Below, one piece after another: positions 24,282-35,689 of a stretch of DNA of 64,000 bases. The notes beneath the pieces were generated by a model that saw only the letters and a list, made by a program, of their open reading frames with translations, was not told where the DNA came from and made no database searches. Within the stretch, counting starts at the first letter, position 1, and every line of letters begins with the position of its first letter. The stretch lies in contig NW_005201391.1 of assembly GCF_000372725.1 (NCBI RefSeq), forward strand, positions 174,736-238,735, read 5' to 3'. The translations under genes were made by a program, and so were the position numbers. Source of the DNA: Emiliania huxleyi CCMP1516 (lineage: Eukaryota).

Positions 24282-24459
24282 GTGTGCGATCGCGCTCTGT
24301 GCGAGAGATCGGCTCCGATTTTTTGAGCTAGACTTCCCCCTTCCCCAAAGGACGATTTTTCGGTGTGCGGAACGGGGGGGGGGGGGGGGGGGGGTGCGCG
24401 TTGTGGGCGGGCGGTGGGCTTTGGCCCTCACGCTATCTCGCCACAGCGCCGAGATCCGC

Positions 24460-25598
24460 TGAGATGCCGCGCTGACTGACTCCCTGTGAGCTGCCAGTGG
24501 CGGCGAGGGGCGGACCCAGGGGTCGCGCCACTCCGAGTGGCGCGGTCGGGCCGATCCACCACAGTGGAACGACCGCTAGAGATGATCCACCTCAGTGGGT
24601 CACTCAGCCGGCTCGCCCACCCCTGCCCTCGCCAAAGCCGCGAGACCGGAATTTCGGTGGTACGCCCTGCCAAGGGTTACACCGAGGGACGCCGCACAGC
24701 CGTGATCCACTTCGAGTGGAACGGGCGGCGTGTCGAGATGAGCCTCCCACGTCAGTGGAGCATCTCGGCGCGCCAGGAAGTGCGGAAAACCCGTAGAGAC
24801 CAGACGTCGGTCGGCGGGCGCACGCCAGACCACTGGGGTCTGGATGCATGCCGCCACGCTTGAGATATGGGCCAGCCCCCGGGAGAGCCGGGCCCACATT
24901 AGTAGGAAGTGGTTTCCTAACGTGTGGGAGCAGTGTGCACAATAGCATGGTCCACTCCGAGTGGACCGTGTGCGTGCCTGTCGGAGCCACCCCGTGACCC
25001 CGAGTGGCTCGACCTGTGGGATGTGCATACGCCCTTCGCGTCGGGGTTGCAGTCGGTGCGTGACCGTGTGTTGCGTAAGTATGTACCTGGCAAGCGCTCC
25101 ATGGCCGCACAGGCGGCGGCGCAGAAGGCTGCGGCGGCGGCGGGCCGGCCGCTGCAGAGGCAGCTAGCTGCTCAGGCGGCTGCTCAGGCCGCTCAGGCGG
25201 CCGCTCTCGGACGGTACAGGTTGGTCAACGCTTGGTTCTACCCTCGCGGCGACTGGTACACCTTGTACTGGGACGGCAGCACGGCCGACAAGGTCGCAAG
25301 GCGCGCTACCTACCCGACGCTCGAGCACGACAACTACGACCCCGGCCCCCTCGCACAGAGCGCATCAGGCGCGACAAGCGCGAGCGGTCCGACCGCTCCT
25401 CCGACGACTCCTCCTCCGACCAAGACTCATGCGGCACCGGCTCTACTAGCCGCGAGGCGAATGACATATTCGACACCCTCGACGACCATCTCGGCTACGG
25501 TTCCGACTCCGGCTCCGGCTGGTAGTCGACAAGCTGCCGAGCCCAAATCACTGTGTGTGCCACATTTCTTGTTGGCTTCTAAAAATCTCTCTCTCTGA
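24460..25598 (+). mobile_element. Putative non-autonomous retroelement with repeated hairpin motif and LINE-like tail
   Basis: Seven CCAC..AGTGG hairpins at 24524-25010; degenerate ORF; tail GCTGCCGAGCCCAAATCAC..TTTCTTGTTGG..TAAAAATCTCTCTC whose reverse complement recurs at ~44657-44752. Confidence 0.4.
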
Positions 25599-26918
25599 CT
25601 CGGGCACGAGGTGGCGTTCGGTCGACGTCGCCGGAGGCAGTCGAGGAGCCGACTCGTTCCTGTGTGCTCGCCAGCCGCTGCGACGCGAGATCATGGAGGT
25701 GACAACCGGCCGCAACCCTGCTACCCTGCTCCATCCATGTCGCGCTGCGCCTCGGCGGCAGAGCCCAGCTCCATGAGTTTGCCGCTTGGGCCGCTGAAAC
25801 GCGAGCATGACCTTCATGGCATCGAACGGGACAGAATCTGCACGGGTGGCATCGGCAGCGAGAATCGGCGAGGGACTGCGAAGGGAGATAGAAAGAGGCA
25901 GACGACCAAGCTAGGGTTAGGGTGGGCGACGGCTAGCACCACACTCCTCTCCTTAAAATCCCTGTGTGGTGCGGCAGTGGTGGCGGCGTGCCGTCCTCCC
26001 ATCCCTCCAATTGATTATCAGTTTTCTTTCTTTCTTTTATTTTAAGAATTCTTTCTTTTACGGGGCACGGGACTGGCGCGCACTGCTATTAACACATAAA
26101 AAGAATTTTGCGTGAAAACAGAAGTCACAGATCGGCTGGGTCCGGGGAGAGGAGCAGAAGAGGAGCTGTGGCTGCCCTCTAGCGCCGCCGCCGCGCCGCG
26201 CGGTCCTGTGGACCTGTGGACCTGTGCGCCCGGTGCACGTGCCCGCCGCGCACCTTGTGATTTTTGGGTCAAAATCGTCCCGATTTCATAATGTTCGTTC
26301 GTACGTGCATCCGCGGCGCCCAGCGCGGTGCCAGCGGCTCCCATACCTCTAAGAGGCCACCCACCTCCGTATAGACCCTTATATCCGCGTTCCACGCCCA
26401 ATAGAGGCAGCTGCAAGAGGGCCCGGACGGGCACTGCGGCACACACTGCTCGCTGCTCGGCCATGCGGTGATGCCGCCCCTGCGCGGGCGGGCGCGTCTC
26501 GCTCGGCAGCAACTGCGCCGCGCAGCGCAGGTTCGAGGGTCGCGGTGGATGGGTGCACCAGAAGACGTAGCGGTCGAGAAAGCGCTCAGCGACCGCTACG
26601 TCTCGAGGATGGAGCCGTCGCGCGGACCCGAACGGCCGACCGGCAGTAGCAGCAGGCGCCGGAGGGCGCGGGAGGCAGCGGCGACACCTCGGGCCAGAAC
26701 TGCGAGCCCTAGGCTGGCGAGGGGGCGCGCTCATGGGTAAACGGCTCTGGGACTTAGACAAATCGCGCATCGAAATCGCGACGATTTTGCTAGGGCACCG
26801 TCACAAGGTGCGCGAAAAGCTATCTATACGCGTACACGGCTCTAGAGACTCGTGGTGTGGAAGAAGTCGTAGGACCAGCGGGCTGGTGCGACGTTCTTTT
26901 GTCCTACATTGACACGCG

Positions 26919-28031
26919 CTACAGCTCCTCCTTCCCTCCCTCTACAACTGCCTCCTCCTCCTCTGGCGGCCTCCCCATCTCGCCGCCGCTCTCCTCTGAC
27001 TGCCCAAACACGGCCCTCCTCTCCTCGAGGATGGTTAGCGTGAAGGAGCTGGTCCGCGTGCCGAGGAAGCGCGTGGCGGAGGCGCAGATCGCAATCTCGA
27101 GGTTGGCCGTCTCGACCCTGTCGCGCAGCGATCCGCCGCCCTTTTGTCGCACGCGCGCGAACCGCAGCGCGCGCTGCACCTCCGCCATCTCCGCCGGGTC
27201 GTCGCTGTCCGTGGCGAGGTAGACGCCCGCGAGCCCGTGCCGACGCATCGCGTGCCGGGCGTGCTTGATCAGGTCTGCCGCCGACTGGAGCGCCCACTCG
27301 TGGCTGCGCCGCACCGCGTGGAAGTCGGTCCGCCGCCAGTGCAGCGCGAGGAAGGGTTTGCCGGCAAAGGCGCCGCGCACAAAGGCGGCCGCCTCGTCGT
27401 AGGTCCGGTCGACGAAGCGCACGTACGGCCGCAGCGGCGCCACCCGCTGCGCGCCGAGCTGGTCGACTGACTCGGCAAACGCGATCGATGGCGTGGCTGC
27501 GTGCTCCTTGCGGAGGACGGCCGGCTGGTACTGGAGGCCGGGCTGCGAGGCGCAGGAGGTGCGGGCGGCGGGCAGCGGCGGCGCGGCGAGGCCGTTGAAG
27601 GCCACCTCCGCCGCAGGGCCTCCCGTCTGGCACCGCCGCAAGAGCAGCGAGACGCCGCCGTGCTGCGCGACGTACTCATCGAGGCCAACCACGGCGTGAG
27701 CACGGCCGAGACGCGAGATGTTGAAGAGGTCCGCCCACGGCACGTACTCGGCGGCGGATTCGAAGCTGACGGGCGAGCTGGCTGAGCGCCGCAGCAGCCG
27801 CACGCGTGGAAGCACCAGAACGCGGTCGAGCTGCATCGCGAGGTCGAGGTAAAACATCAGCGCCCGCCGCTGCTTGTTGACCTGCTCGTGCTCGGCCACG
27901 TCGAAGAGGAGGTGGCGTCCGAGCGAAAAGGCGCGATCGACAGGGCTCAGCGGCGGCGAGGCGGGTGTGAATTCGGCGGCTGGAGGTGGTATCCGTGAGA
28001 GCAGTAGCAGTGGGCAGAGGAGCCAAGGCAT
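26919..28031 (-). CDS. GDP-fucose protein O-fucosyltransferase (POFUT2-like, GT68)
   Basis: Signal peptide MPWLLCPLLLL; EQVNKQR, RVLVLP, FLALHWRRTDF, VYLATD and EIAICASATRFLGTRTSSFTLTILEER; C-terminal KEEL resembles an ER-retention signal; intronless. Confidence 0.88.
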   Translation of the reverse strand: MPWLLCPLLLLSRIPPPAAEFTPASPPLSPVDRAFSLGRHLLFDVAEHEQVNKQRRALMFYLDLAMQLDRVLVLPRVRLLRRSASSPVSFESAAEYVPWADLFNISRLGRAHAVVGLDEYVAQHGGVSLLLRRCQTGGPAAEVAFNGLAAPPLPAARTSCASQPGLQYQPAVLRKEHAATPSIAFAESVDQLGAQRVAPLRPYVRFVDRTYDEAAAFVRGAFAGKPFLALHWRRTDFHAVRRSHEWALQSAADLIKHARHAMRRHGLAGVYLATDSDDPAEMAEVQRALRFARVRQKGGGSLRDRVETANLEIAICASATRFLGTRTSSFTLTILEERRAVFGQSEESGGEMGRPPEEEEAVVEGGKEEL

Positions 28032-28221
28032 TCGAGCGGCGGCGGAGCAGCAGCAATTCGCTAAAGGGAAAAGAATTTTCACTGAGAGAAAAGAAATGAG
28101 AAATTTACGCGGCAATTTTGTAGAAGTCCACAGCGTGACACCATGCTGCACCCACACACAAAAACATGAAGGTCACTGTGGTTTGGGCGCCAAATGCTAC
28201 AAAATTTCAGCGTGACAAGCA

Positions 28222-28898
28222 ATGCTCATCCAGAAGCCACAATTCACCTCCGTCAAACTCATCCCGTCCGACAACGGGACCCGCTACAAGTGCGTCTACG
28301 ACGCACCCGGCAAGGACCCTACGCGGCGCTACGTTTGTCAAGGTCTCCCGCAAAGGCGTCATGCATGACTGTCATCGACCGGTTTGCGACGCTGGAGGAC
28401 GCCGCGTACTGCTACGCTATGCTCACGCCCGAGGGGCGTGAGGATGCGGCCAAGCTCGCCAAGGCGGAGGCGCTGCGGCAGGAGCAGGACATGACGAGCG
28501 CCCAGGCCATAGCGACGGCCGACGAGGAGGGGCTGGAGCTGCAGACGGGCGGCTCGGGCTTTGTGGGCGTTTACAAAACGCCTCCGACCTTCAAACTGCC
28601 TTTCCAGGCACGCGTGTGGCGCGGCGGCAAGTACGCTATCCTCGGCTACTTCGCGTCGGCTGAGGCGGCCGCGCTCTGCTACGCCCGCTCGCCCGAGGGC
28701 CGGGCAGCGGCGGAGGCCAAGCGCGCTAAGGCGCAAGCGCTGCCGCCGATGACAGCTGATGCTGCGCTGGAGGCGGCGGCGGCGGAGGAGCTGGTGCTGC
28801 CCACGTCGGGGTCCTCGGGGCGGCGGCGGGGGGAGACCACGCGCTTCCTGGGCGTGGGGACCGCGGGCACGCGAGCGCGGCTGCCCTTCCGCGCCTAG
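28222..28898 (+). pseudogene. Multi-AP2 domain protein, disrupted
   Basis: AP2-like repeats (RYKCVY..RFATLEDAAYCYA; GFVGVYK..PFQARVWRGGKYAILGYFASAEAAALCYAR; RFLGVG..PFRA*). Two frame changes at ~28340-28370; the third repeat is cut at TAG 28896-28898. Confidence 0.7.
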
Positions 28899-29219
28899 TA
28901 CTACGACGCGCTCCATGTCAAGAACGGAATCGTCAAAATTTGTCTCGTCGAAAGCCAGGGCGGCATTGCGCCGCCGACCAAGAGAATCATCTTCAACTTC
29001 GCCAAAGAGGTCGGCAGCCCGAGCGCCGTCGACCGCACCGACTACGGCACAGCCTCCGGCAGCGCCCGGGGCTTCGCCCAGCACCACTCGCAACAGCTCT
29101 CGCGCGCCGCCGTCTGTGGCGACGCGCAAAACATCGACAACGCTGCTCGCAACATGCGTGTCGCGCACTCATTCATGACCGGTCTCAATGTCCCACCCCC
29201 CTGCGCGCGGGCCTTCTAG
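28899..29219 (+). mobile_element. 5'-truncated RLE-type non-LTR retrotransposon fragment
   Basis: Translates as YYDALHVKNGIVKICLVESQGG..AVDRTDYG..FAQHHSQQLSRAAVCGDA, colinear with YHDAIFVKRNNFNLLLHETFGG..SVDRTAY..FMSHHAERISLSVVRGVN of ORF 40874-41593. Confidence 0.75.
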
Positions 29220-29374
29220 GCCCGCGGGTAGTCTCCCCCCATCCCCAGGGCCTCCAGGGCTCGCACCTCAACCTCTCACAGACCAGCGCATAGCGCCTGG
29301 ACGTTTTTTCTTGTCAATAACAAGGCTGTGAAGTCTGCACGCCCGCCCGGCGGGCGCCCGCCGGGTGCGGCCAG

Positions 29375-30769
29375 ATGCTGCTGCGCAGGCTTCTTCTGCT
29401 TTGGGGCGGCGCCTCGAGCGGCCTCGCAGCGTACCCACCGATGGGCTGGCGGAGCTGGAATTGCTTTGGCGGCGCGGTCTCACAGGACAAGATGATCGCG
29501 ACCGCGGAGGCCATGACGCGGCTGCGGAAGGGGCTCGACGGCGAGACCACCTCACTCCTCTCGCTGGGCTTCTCCAATCTGGGCCTTGACGATGGGTGGC
29601 AAGCCTGCGGCGAGGGTCCACGTGAGTCATTTCATGACGCGTCCGGCGGACCGATTGTCAACCAGGACCGTTTTCCCAATATGGCTCACATGACGGCGGA
29701 TGCGCATGCAAAGGGGCTCACCGTCGGGTTTTACGCCAACAACTGCATCTGCCCCGAACGCGCCTCGCCGTCGGCGCTCGGCCGCTCCCGGGCACTCGGC
29801 GTGGCGCACGACCAAGGAGACGCCAATGCGCTGATAGAGTGGGGATTTGACTCGGTCAAGGTCGATGCCTGCGGGCCATACCTGAACATGTCGCGATGGT
29901 CCGAGCTGCTACAAGGATCCGGCAGGCCGATCCTCCTCGAGAACTGCCACTGGGGGCTGTGCGAATCCGCCGGCCTCGGCGAGCGGGTGGCCAATGGTAA
30001 TTCGGGATGTCCGGAGCGGCGGCCGGACGGGAGCGTCGATTGTCCCTTCCACTACTTTCGTACGAGCGGCGACATCGACGGAAGCCGATACGGCTGGCTG
30101 CGCAACCTCGAGAGCGCCGTGAGATTCCTCAGTCGCGACGCGCCCCTTGCAGGGCGGGGCTGCTGGGCCTTCCCGGATATGCTCGAGGTTGGCAACATGG
30201 ACGAGCCGGAGCCCTGGGAGTGGGAGCAAGCGCACTTTGGGGCGTGGCTGATCATGTCCTCGCCGCTCGTCCTTGGGTTTGACCTGCGCAACGACTCGCT
30301 CGTGTCCGCCGCCTGGCCCTTTATCGCAAACACAGAGGCGCTCGCGGTCAGCCAGAGCTACGCAGGCCACCCAGGCTGGAGGTTTGCCGCGTGGACGCCT
30401 GCCGGCTCGCGCCCGATCGACTATGTCCCGCGTCCTCTGGACTCTGGTTGGTGCCAGTACGGGGAGCATCGGTGGCCGTGTCCAGTGTACACCGCGAAGG
30501 AGCCCCTCCAGCTAGTGCAGGTGTGGGCAAAGCCGATGCCCGCCGGCAGGCTCGCGCTCTTTGTGCTCAACGCTGACGCGCACCACGCGCACTCTTACGC
30601 CTTGCGGCTGGATCAGCTCGGCATGCCGTCGGCTGTGGCCGTGCGCGACTTGTGGCGTCGGCGCGAGAGAGGCGGAGCGTCGAAGCGGCTCAGCGGCAAC
30701 GTGCCGAGGCTGTCTTCTGAGCTCCTACTGCTCTCGCCGCTCTCCCGCCAGCTATCGAGCCAGCCGTGA
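29375..30769 (+). CDS. Glycoside hydrolase family 27 alpha-galactosidase / alpha-N-acetylgalactosaminidase
   Basis: Signal peptide; PPMGWRSWN, LDDGWQ, WGFDSVKVDAC (nucleophile Asp), RTSGDI (acid/base), FPDMLEVG and HFGAWLIMSSPL; C-terminal beta-sandwich (VRDLW); intronless, 464 aa. Confidence 0.95.
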   Translation: MLLRRLLLLWGGASSGLAAYPPMGWRSWNCFGGAVSQDKMIATAEAMTRLRKGLDGETTSLLSLGFSNLGLDDGWQACGEGPRESFHDASGGPIVNQDRFPNMAHMTADAHAKGLTVGFYANNCICPERASPSALGRSRALGVAHDQGDANALIEWGFDSVKVDACGPYLNMSRWSELLQGSGRPILLENCHWGLCESAGLGERVANGNSGCPERRPDGSVDCPFHYFRTSGDIDGSRYGWLRNLESAVRFLSRDAPLAGRGCWAFPDMLEVGNMDEPEPWEWEQAHFGAWLIMSSPLVLGFDLRNDSLVSAAWPFIANTEALAVSQSYAGHPGWRFAAWTPAGSRPIDYVPRPLDSGWCQYGEHRWPCPVYTAKEPLQLVQVWAKPMPAGRLALFVLNADAHHAHSYALRLDQLGMPSAVAVRDLWRRRERGGASKRLSGNVPRLSSELLLLSPLSRQLSSQP

Positions 30770-31310
30770 AAGCAATCGGGAGGAGGGCGGGGCCGGGCGG
30801 GCGCCCCACCGGCGGCTGACGCCCGACGCACAAGTCTCAAAGCTGAGATTTTCGCGCTAGTTCTCGCCCTTACCGGCGCTCGCGCGGCATTGGCGTGGTA
30901 CAGTTGCCTAGACAGTACACAGAGAAAGTCACAGCAAGGAACCTTCTAGGCTTAGAGCCCTAGAGAGGGCCGTGTAGGAACCTTCTAGGCCTTAGCGCGC
31001 CCGCGCGCCGCTTACACGTTAAATCGAGGAGGTATGTATACACCCATGCGTTGGCCCATGCGGGCCATGGGCCTGCATGTGTGGGGCCATATCGGCAAGG
31101 GCATCGCGCGCATGTTCGCGCGAGGCGCCGGGGCATTGGCCATTGCCCCGCGCTGCTACGCCGGCCTTTTTACCGCGTAGAGCCGTGTAGCCTGTGTAGC
31201 CTCTAGTAGAGCCGTACGGCCCAGATGCGCCATGGCGGCAACCGGCATGGGCCATATGGTTATCATATGCGCCAGACATGACGCGAGAAGCAAAGACATC
31301 AGACATGGCG

Positions 31311-34300
31311 TCACTCGACGAAGTGCGCGAGCTTCTCCTTCTCCTTGCGGAGAAATGCCACCTCCGCCCGCACCACCCCGCGCGCCCCGTCGACTGTCAT
31401 GTTGTACCGCTGCGCTAGCTGCGGGTATGTCCACTCCCGCCCGTCCTCGAGGCCTGCAGGGGAGGAAAGCGGAGAGGCTGCGGCGTGGAGAGGCGGAGGG
31501 TTAGGTGGGGCGGGTGGGCCGGCAGGTTAAAGAAGAAAGGGGCGGGGGGCGGGAGGAGGCCCGCAGGGGGGCGTCCTCCGCACCGTACTTGAGCCTCGCC
31601 ATTGTCGCGCGGCGCGGGTCTCGCGCCCGCTGCGTTCTCCGCAACGTCGACGCAAACTCGTCCGCCTGCAGCAGCCGCTCTGCGCCGGATGCGCCCCCCG
31701 CGCGATTGGCGGGCAGGCGGAGGGCGACGCGGTCGGCGAGGGTGGGCACGCGCGCGCTGCCTATGGTCATGAAGGCAGCAGCGTCTGAGGCGAGGAGTCG
31801 GTGTCGAGCAGCGTACTCCGAGCAGCGCGTAGGTGCAGGGTCCACGCATACAGTGAGGACAGCTGGATCCAGCCGAGTGGGTGTCCTCTCGGGTGCTAGT
31901 CGGGGTGCACGGCCGCAGTCTGCTCTCTAGCACGCGGCTGCCTCCCCCGCCAACGACGAGGTGGGGCGGGTCGGCCGCGTCGAGCGAGAGGGTCGCCGAG
32001 TTTGCAAGACCGGTGAGGGCCGCCTGCCCGGGAGAAGAGCCGGATGAGGCGCAGACAGGAGNNNNNNNNNNNNNNNNNNNNNNNNNNNNNNNNNNNNNNN
32101 NNNNNNNNNNNNNNNNNNNNNNNNNNNNNNNNNNNNNNNNNNNNNNNNNNNNNNNNNNNNNAGGTGCTCTAGCTGGTCTGAGAGCCCGTCAAGGACGGGA
32201 GTCAAGTCGATCGTCAGCATGGGGGGGGGGGGGGGCTGGGAGGCGGGGAGGCGGGCGCCCGAGTTGTCGACAGCTAGTCGGTACCGCGCCCTGCGGATCT
32301 GCTGCATGTCTTGCTGCAGCGCCTGGGAGGGGCGGCGAGGGGGCGGCGAGGGGGCGGCGAGGGGGCGGTGAGGTAAGAGACAGAGGCGGTGCGTAGCGAG
32401 TAAAGGGGGTTGCGGGGGGGGAAGGGGTGCGAGGACGGCTGGAGAGGACGGCGGCGGTGCTGCAGACGCCTGAGGCAGCCTCACGAGCCGCCCCTTGTCG
32501 CGGACGGCTCGCAAGACAAAGGCGCGGATGTGCCAGACGGCATAGGTGGAGAAGGCGACGCCGCGTCCGACGTCGAAGAGGCGCAGTGCGCGGAGGAGTC
32601 CCTGCGCGCCCTCCTGCAAAAAGTCGGCCTTCTCCATGACCGACGCGTCCCTCCAGTTCGGGATGACTTGGTTCACCTGCGGGGCGTGCCAGGGTCCGTG
32701 TCGTGGACATGTCGTGGACATGTCTGGGAGGAGGTCTCCAGTTCGGGCGTCTCTCGGAGATGTCTCGGAGGTGTCTCGGAGGTGTCTCGGAGGTGTCTCG
32801 GAGAGGTCTGCACCTCGCGGTAGATCAGGCCCTGGTTCTCGGCGAAGAGGCGGTTGTAGGCGGCTCGGCCTACGCCATGCCACACGCCAGAGGTCAGGGC
32901 AGAAAGGGGCAGAGAGTACAAGGGCTGCGGCGTGCGGCGAGCAGAGTCGAGTGGGAGGGGAGGGGCAGGGTCCGTGTCCTTGCATCTAGGGGGGGAGGGG
33001 CCAATAGACTCGCGCAGTCGGAACTCGACGTCGCTCATCGAGGGCGGCAGCATCTCGCGCAGCTCGGCGACGTCGCGAGAGGCCCACGGGGCGCAGACGC
33101 CGCTCGACTGGGGAGGGGAGGGTGGGTGGGGGGGGGGGGGGAGGTGGGGGGGTGGTGGGGGGGGGGGGGTTAAAGAAAGTCCCGGAGGGGGGGGAACTTT
33201 CCGGAAAATTTGGGAAGACTTCCGGAAACTTCCGGAAATTTCCGGAAAAAATGTGGGAATCCCCCGGGGAAACAAACCTGGGGGGGAACCCCAACCCCCC
33301 CCGCGGCGGTGGCGGAAGCAGCCGCCGCCGCGGCGGGTTTTTCCGTGTGGCCCATGCGGCTTAAGACCCCCTGCAGCGAGGGGGGGGGCCTTACCGTGGC
33401 GCCCGTCTTCTTCGGCTTCTTCGGCGGTTTGGGGGCCAGCTCCCTCCGCGCATTGGAAGCCTGCAAACGTGTCCCGGACATTTCCCGGACTTTTCCCGGA
33501 CCGGTGTCCCGGAAGGGTCCTGGACCTTTTTCGGTGTCCCCAAAGTTTCCCCGAAGTNNNNNNNNNNNNNNNNNNNNNNNNNNNNNNNNNNNNNNNNNNN
33601 NNNNNNNNNNNNNNNNNNNNNNNNNNNNNNNNNNNNNNNNNNNNNNNNNNNNNNNNNAAAAAAGCGCCGCAAAAAAGCGAGGGCATAGCTTTCTCTGAGG
33701 CGCATACAAAAAGCACGAAAAACACAGCTGAGTGGATCCGGATATAGGCTCCTTTGACAGATGAAGGAAGGGGGGGGGTGAAGGAAGGTGCGGGAGGGGG
33801 GGGAGCTTGCGGGAGAGTGTGGGAGGACTGCGGGAGACTGCGGGAGATTGCGGGAGAGAGTGTGGGAGTCCGCGGGGGAAGCAGACCTGGGCGGCAGCCG
33901 CAGCCGCGCCGGCGGCGGTGGCGGAGGCAGCGGCGGCGGCGGCGGGCTTGTCGGTGTGGCGCATGCGGCTGAGGACCGCCTGCAGCGAGGCGGGCGGCCT
34001 GACCGTGCCGCCCGCCTCCTCCGCCTCCTCCGCCGCCTCGGCGGCCAGCTCCCTCCGCGCATCGGACGCCTGCGAACGTGTCGCGGACGTGTCGCGGACG
34101 TGTCGCGGACGGGTGTCGCGGAGGTGTCATGGACGTGTTGCGGTGTCGCGGAGGTGTCGCGGAGGTGTCGCGGAGGTGTCGCGGAGGTGTCGCGGAGTGT
34201 CGCGGAGGTGTCGTGGAGGTGTGCAGAGGCGGCTGGGCCTTGAGAGGGCTTGGCGAGAGGTTGCGGCGGCGATGCCAGAAGCAGAGGAGGGGCGGAGCGG

Positions 34301-35066
34301 GAGGTGTCTCGGGCGTGCGCGGGAAGTGTCTCGGACGTGCCGCGCGCCGTCAGAAAGAACCAGGCACGCTGGACGAGGCGGAGGGTCGCCTATGGGGGAA
34401 GGCTCCCAGAGGGTTCCTGGAAGGTTCCTAGAAGGCGCGCTGGACGAGGCGGAGGGTGTCCTCGTTGCCGAGGGGCCGCGTCCGCACGGGGCGCGTGGGC
34501 AGGCCGGTCGAGGCCGAGAAGCCGCGCAGCACCGACGGCTCGCGGAGCAGGTGGTCTGCCGCAGCCGCAGCCTCGCGCTCGAGCAGGTGCAGCACGCTCG
34601 CATCCTCGAGCGGCGCTGCCTCGCCAGCCTCGAGGCGGTCGGCGGCGCGGGCGGTCGCCGCCGGGCCGGCGGGCAGCGCTGTGCCCACGCCGGGGAGCGA
34701 CGCCTCCCCTCCCGCCAAGAGCTCCTCGACGATCGCACCGTCCAGCCGCTGCTGCGAGGCGCGGGCGAGGTTGTCGAGTGGCGCAAAGGGATCGAATCCC
34801 TCGCGCGACTGCGGCGGCCGCTCCTGCTGCTGCGCCTCACGCATTTGCTGCTGCCCCTGCTGTGGCCCCTGCTGCTGCTGCTGCAAAATCAGCTGCCTCA
34901 CCAGCAGCTGCTGCCGCCTCTGCCGCCGCTCGGAGACCCACGCTCCAGGCGCCGCGGCGTCGCGGTCCTGGGTCGTGCGCCGCACGACATGCGGAGGAGG
35001 GCGGCGCTGCGTCGGCTCGACGGCCACCCCGAGCACCAGCGCGGCTGCGGAGAGCAGCAGCGGCAT
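31311..35066 (-). CDS. Nucleus-encoded plastid RNA polymerase sigma70-type factor, multi-exon
   Basis: Signal peptide MPLLLSAAALVLG. Region 2: RLFAENQGLI..DFLQEGAQGLLRALRLFDVGRGVAFSTYAVWHIR..RLVRLP. Region 3: PTERVAEFA-like segment. Region 4: RLKY|GLEDGREWTYPQLAQRYNMT. Stop 31311-31313. Two N-gaps fall inside. Confidence 0.88.
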
Positions 35067-35574
35067 CGTGGGAGGCGAAAGGTGCCCTTTCTCACGGCGA
35101 GGTGTGGTCGAAGAGCTTCGCATCAAGTGAAAAGAAAAAATTGCGCGAAGAATAGAGAGCGTCGGCGTCTAGCGCGCGCGATAAGGTTTTTGCTCGCCTT
35201 CCCTGGGACCCCGTGTTGCATGTCACTGTCATCACTGTGCGATTTCGGGGCCCGGGGTTGTGCGTTTACGTGAAGAATAGAACTTTCAGGACATTCGCAG
35301 GTTCGCCGATATGAGTTCGAAATTTTTATGCAATCCTAGCAAGACATGAACACGGTAAGGGAGGGGAGGGAGCAAACAACTCGGAAGTTCACAGCTGAGC
35401 TTACCCAGAGAACTCCGTTCTCACCCACAAGCGAGCGCTAGTGAACGCCCAGGGAACCGATATGCCATCCCCAACCGCCCGAGCGCCCGAGGTGGGCGCT
35501 CGGAGGCCGGAGGCATGAGAAGGCCGACATGCGCGGGGCGCACGAGCGGCGGAGCGAGAGCGGGCTCGCGTATG

Positions 35575-35605
<31 letters not shown>

Positions 35606-35689
35606 GCACGCGCGCGGATCTCCATGCGTCCGTGCGCGTGTGTGACGAGGGAGCTAGCTCGTCGGCTCGCCAGGCTCCATCCCAGTCCG

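Noticed and set aside
33170..33557. Diverged duplicate of a sigma-factor exon (copy of ~33780-34100)
   Set aside because: Differences are homopolymer smearing next to a gap, typical of a low-quality read end rather than real divergence.
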